Assembly (NCBI RefSeq): GCF_001194135.2
Contig: NC_068982.1
Coordinates: 46,924,582-46,962,390 of the forward strand
From: Octopus bimaculoides
Taxonomy: Eukaryota
Length of the DNA: 37,809 bases
Direction: 5' to 3'
The first letter of the stretch is position 1; every line of letters starts with the position of its first letter. A program made the translations under genes and the position numbers. Positions 33,855 to 37,809 of the stretch are shown one piece after another. Under the pieces are notes generated by a model. That model was given only the letters and a program-made list of their open reading frames with translations. It made no database searches and was not told the origin of the DNA.

Positions 33855-34539
33855 AATGATGAAATCAAACATTTTCTTTTCTTTCCTCGTTAAGGTATTC
33901 ATATAAATAACATTGCTCAATCTCAACCTGAACATTACTTATTTACTTCAATATATTTGCATTTATACATTTTTCTTTTATACTTTAATAGTGTTTTACC
34001 AGCATATTATAAACAGAATGTTTACTATTATCTCTAACATTCTGAACTTCTCTGCAACACACCTCATTTTCTTCACTCTAAGGTTCCAAAGTTTGATATT
34101 TTGCCAATGAATACACTGATTAATTAATGTATGTATATACTGTGTGCGTGTATGTATTTATCTATACACACACACACACATATTTATATATATACATATA
34201 TATATAAATATATATAAGTATATATGTGTTTATNNNNNNNNNNTATATATATATTTATATATATATACACATACATATATACATTTACACACACACACAC
34301 ACACACATATACATACATATACATATATATACATTTACATATATGTACGTATGTATGTATGAATATATGCATAAACATATACATATGTACATAGAAGCAG
34401 GCACACGCAACAAGGTGCTTACATACATAATATAAATACATATATTATATCTTCAATTCACTAGATAAAATTATATACAACAAATAAACGTAAACAGATA
34501 TAACCACTTACATAACAAATACACACACACACACACACA

Positions 34540-34602
34540 CATACATACATACATACATACATACATACATACATACGTACATACATACAAACAAACAAAC
34601 AA
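34540..34602 (+). repeat. (TACA)n then (AACA)n microsatellite
   Basis: Seen directly, immediately 5' of the LINE remnant. Confidence 0.95.
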
Positions 34603-35850
34603 AGCCACTCACACAAATGTTTCAAAAATACTATGGAAAGCCAGAGGGACCCAGATAGACATACTGAACTGGTTTGTCATAGCGCAAGCATATCTTTCCA
34701 AGAAGGAAGGCACAATTTTGGCTGAGAACTGTAAACTTATAACTTGCCTTAACATTATGTACAAATTGTACACAAGCTGCCTGAATCAATTCCTTGAAAA
34801 TCATATTAAGTATAATGTCACAGTCATGGACAGGCATACAGCAAGAAAGCTATAAGGGGATGTATCAAGCAACTTTTGGTAAATAAAGCCGTACTTTCCA
34901 CCATATGAAAACACTATAGGAATTGTGTGACAGTATTAACTGATTACAGAAAAACATTCACTATTTTCCACTGATGGCTATTGAAGATAAAATAACTGTC
35001 AAAAGTACCCTCTCCCTTAGTTGCTACTATCAAAAGGTTCATGAAAACTTGGTTCACAATTCTTGCATTTGAAACTGAAAGTGGAAACTACTATTTCATG
35101 TAATCAAAAATTTCCACAAGGTATCTCAAGGTGAGAGTCTGTCTATGTTCCTGTTTATGTTAGACCTAAGTCCTCTGTCATTTCTTCTAAGATACTCCAC
35201 TGATTATGCTTCAGGCTCTACAGTAGCAAGAGATACTAATATTACCTATAATATCTTTATGGATTATCTAAAGATTTAAGCCTCAAATATTTACAATGTC
35301 AAACAAAAGCTCGATTTCATCACAACATTTTCCACTGACATAAGGATGGAGTGTGGCCAAAAGAAATGCTAATATTTAAGAAATGAACACAGAAAAACAG
35401 TTTCCCAATTCCAACATTTTGCATCAATGATCTCTCTCACACCATGAGTGCTACCTACAGATACCTAGGTACTGAAGAAAATATATCAAATAAAGGTTCT
35501 GTGAACAAAGAGAGAGTAACCATAGAATATTACACCAGAATTAAAAAGATATGAGCCAGAGCTTTCCTCATACAAGACAATATCCTACAATGCATTTGCA
35601 GTGCTCATACTGAATCTAACATTTGGGATACTTGACTAGTCAATTGAGGAAATCTTCTCCATAGACATTAAAATCCACAAGATCTTAATACCATCTGCAA
35701 ATTTCCACACAAACAGTCATCTTAACCGATTCATTAGAAATACAATCAAATCATATTTTGTTATCTTTAAAAAATGATTCATTAGACAATGTAGTTCAAC
35801 ATAATCCTAAAACGACAACAGAAAGGGTGGTTATAGGTGTAATACACAAC
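34601..35850 (+). mobile_element. Heavily decayed R4/Dong-like LINE RT region, missed by the ORF track
   Basis: Across frames: NWFVIAQAYLSKKEG..ITCLNIMYKLYTSCLNQFLENH; GCIKQLLVNKAVL; TDYRKTF; GISQGESLS; IFMDYLKI; FSTDIRMECGQKKC; TYRYLG; EYYTRIKKI; IDIKIHKIL. The order is collinear with the 15.5-17.5 kb element. The 3' limit is approximate. Confidence 0.8.
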
Positions 35851-35999
35851 CTCCACATTAAGTTGGGGATCAAAATTACCTTTTGGTATTAATACTGCTT
35901 CTGCCATAATTAAATTTTTCTTTTAATAAGCCCACTGGCTATTTGCAAGATATTAAGTTGGAGATCAAGATTACTTTTATATATATACATATCTGTTGC

Positions 36000-36156
36000 C
36001 ATGTAAAAGCAACCATGCTAGTATCATGTAAAAAAACACCCACCACACTCTGTAATGTAGTTAGTATTAGGAAGGACATCCAACCCCAGCTCTCAGGCTG
36101 GCCATCTCCTGTAAAGTCATGCATTAAACGATGATGATGATGATGATGATGATGAT
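36000..36156 (+). mobile_element. SINE family D 3' tail with (GAT)n
   Basis: cacccaccacactctgtaatgtagttagtattaggaaggacatccaacc...ttaaacgatgatgatg. Confidence 0.65.
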
Positions 36157-36400
36157 TCAAATCTTATGATGGAAGCAGCTCCTAACTGTAAACATTACTG
36201 ATATCATACATTTAATGTATGTGTGTTGTTTAAATGCATTTAAGCTGCAGTATTTCATCAAGGTTTGGTCCATTTAGAGAGATAGTGTTTAAAAAGAAAC
36301 ATAGTATGCTTCAAAGCCCAGTGAAATGAATCACCTCAGGAGTGAATGAGAGTAACATATCAAGATTTTACTGTTACTTCAGCTCATCAGTGCTGTATAC

Positions 36401-36435
36401 CTGATCCACCCTCGAAATGAATTCAAATTGCTGGT
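36401..36435 (-). CDS. Possible 35-nt internal exon (xQQFEFISRVDQ)
   Basis: Acceptor ttttttatgCTAACtgtatatactacag with a branch-point motif and donor CAG|gtatac. Open frame ends in phase 0, compatible with the 22378 exon. Weak donor. Confidence 0.25.
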
Positions 36436-37492
36436 CTGTAGTATATACAGTTAGCATAAAAAATCTATCTGCTGATGTGCCAGAGTGCTGCACAAGTAAA
36501 ACAAAATTCAAATTTTGTGTTAGAAGCAGCACCAATAATATAAACACTCATGGAGAAGACCATTAAATACTTTTCTCTTCTTAGTTCTCAAAGTTGGGTC
36601 CCTTTTACAAAACTGGTGTGACGGTGTGTGTTTTGTGAGAAAACTTTATTGCAGAAGGAAACAATACAAGAATGCAAATGAATAATATAATATTAGTTTT
36701 GAAAGAGAGATGAGAGGAGAAACAGACTAACTGACAGACTGACCGATGGATACACAGGCAGGTAGACAGGCAGGCATGCAGACGGAAAGATAGATTATTG
36801 TAAGAAAGCTTTATTAAAGATGGAAACGATAAAACAACACAAACAAATTAAAGAAATTTACAATCATTTTTCAATGCAAGAGAAAGAATGAGAGACAGAG
36901 AAGAACGAGAGAATGATAGACAGAGAGTGAAATAGAGAGAAATGGGAACAAACGGATAGATAAATAATTTATTTTATTTGAAAGTCAACCATACTTTGAT
37001 ACAAAGAGAATATACATTGCTTGAACAAGACTGAGATAATCAAAAAAGGCAATATTCTTAGACTAAGCTGTCTTCCAGAGCATTTATTTTCAAAAGAAAA
37101 GTAAGAAACAATGTTAAATTCAGGAGAGGGACATAAAAATAACATAAAATATAAAAGTAAATGGAAATTTAGGGGGGGAAAAAAAAAGAGAAAAAGTTTA
37201 AGAAATTAAAGAAAATATATGAAATACATGCGTGAAAATAAAATTAAAAAGGATACACATAGATTCAAAAAATGAAAGAAATTTTGAAAAACAAATTAAA
37301 AAAATAGAGATACATTTTTTTTTAAATTAGGAGATAGAAACACACACACACACAAATGTACACATAAATACTAAAAATGAAAAAGCTATGAAAAAGGAAA
37401 TTATAAAATATATTTAAAACTTAATAAATGGACACACACATTTATATATATATATATATATATACACACACATACATACATACATACATAAA

Positions 37493-37523
<31 letters not shown>

Positions 37524-37539
37524 GTATGTGTGTACGTAC

Positions 37540-37777
37540 ATCATCATCATCATCATCATCTTTTAACATCCACTTTTCTAATGCTTGCATGATCAGGACA
37601 AGGTTTATTTGAGGCATATCTTCTACAGCTGGATGCCCTTCCTGTCAACAATCCTCACCTGTTTGCACATGGCCAGACATGTTCTCACAGAATATTGGAA
37701 ATTAATGACGTTGCTTGCATGACAGTGACACTCATTTACAACTACCATGTGATGTCAAGAAAAGAGACACAAAAGCA

Positions 37778-37790
<13 letters not shown>
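37540..37790 (-). mobile_element. SINE with family D (RTE-like) tail
   Basis: catcatcatc...ttaacatccacttt...ttctacagctggatgcccttcctg is the reverse complement of the shared tail. Confidence 0.65.

Positions 37791-37809
<19 letters not shown>

Noticed and set aside
34631-34837. 68-aa minus ORF as a host exon
   Set aside because: It is antisense to recognisable RT motifs on the plus strand.

Overview
Eukaryotic, very AT-rich, microsatellite-dense draft scaffold with 11 N-gaps, most of them flanked by (TA)n. The SINE families resemble, from recall, those of a coleoid cephalopod (Octopus-like; inference). The window is essentially non-coding. Most ORFs in the supplied track are translations of microsatellites or N-gaps. 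Supported content: (i) many tRNA-derived SINEs of about four families; (ii) three decayed R4/Dong-like RLE non-LTR retrotransposon fragments (8721-9510, 15488-17555, about 34601-35850) whose junctions lie in (TACA)n or (TAA)n-like tracts; (iii) an RTE LINE 3' end, a Tc1 5' fragment and several MITEs; (iv) one plausible terminal coding exon of an unidentified minus-strand gene (22286-22378). The most interesting signal is a set of minimal type-I hammerhead-ribozyme-like motifs in three unrelated sequence contexts: 9689-9726 (-); 29546-29620 (-) with an inverted degenerate twin at 29637-29711 (+), inside a 212-bp palindrome; and 30615-30676 (+). These suggest Penelope-like pLTR or retrozyme elements, clustered with a second long palindrome at 29.5-30.8 kb.
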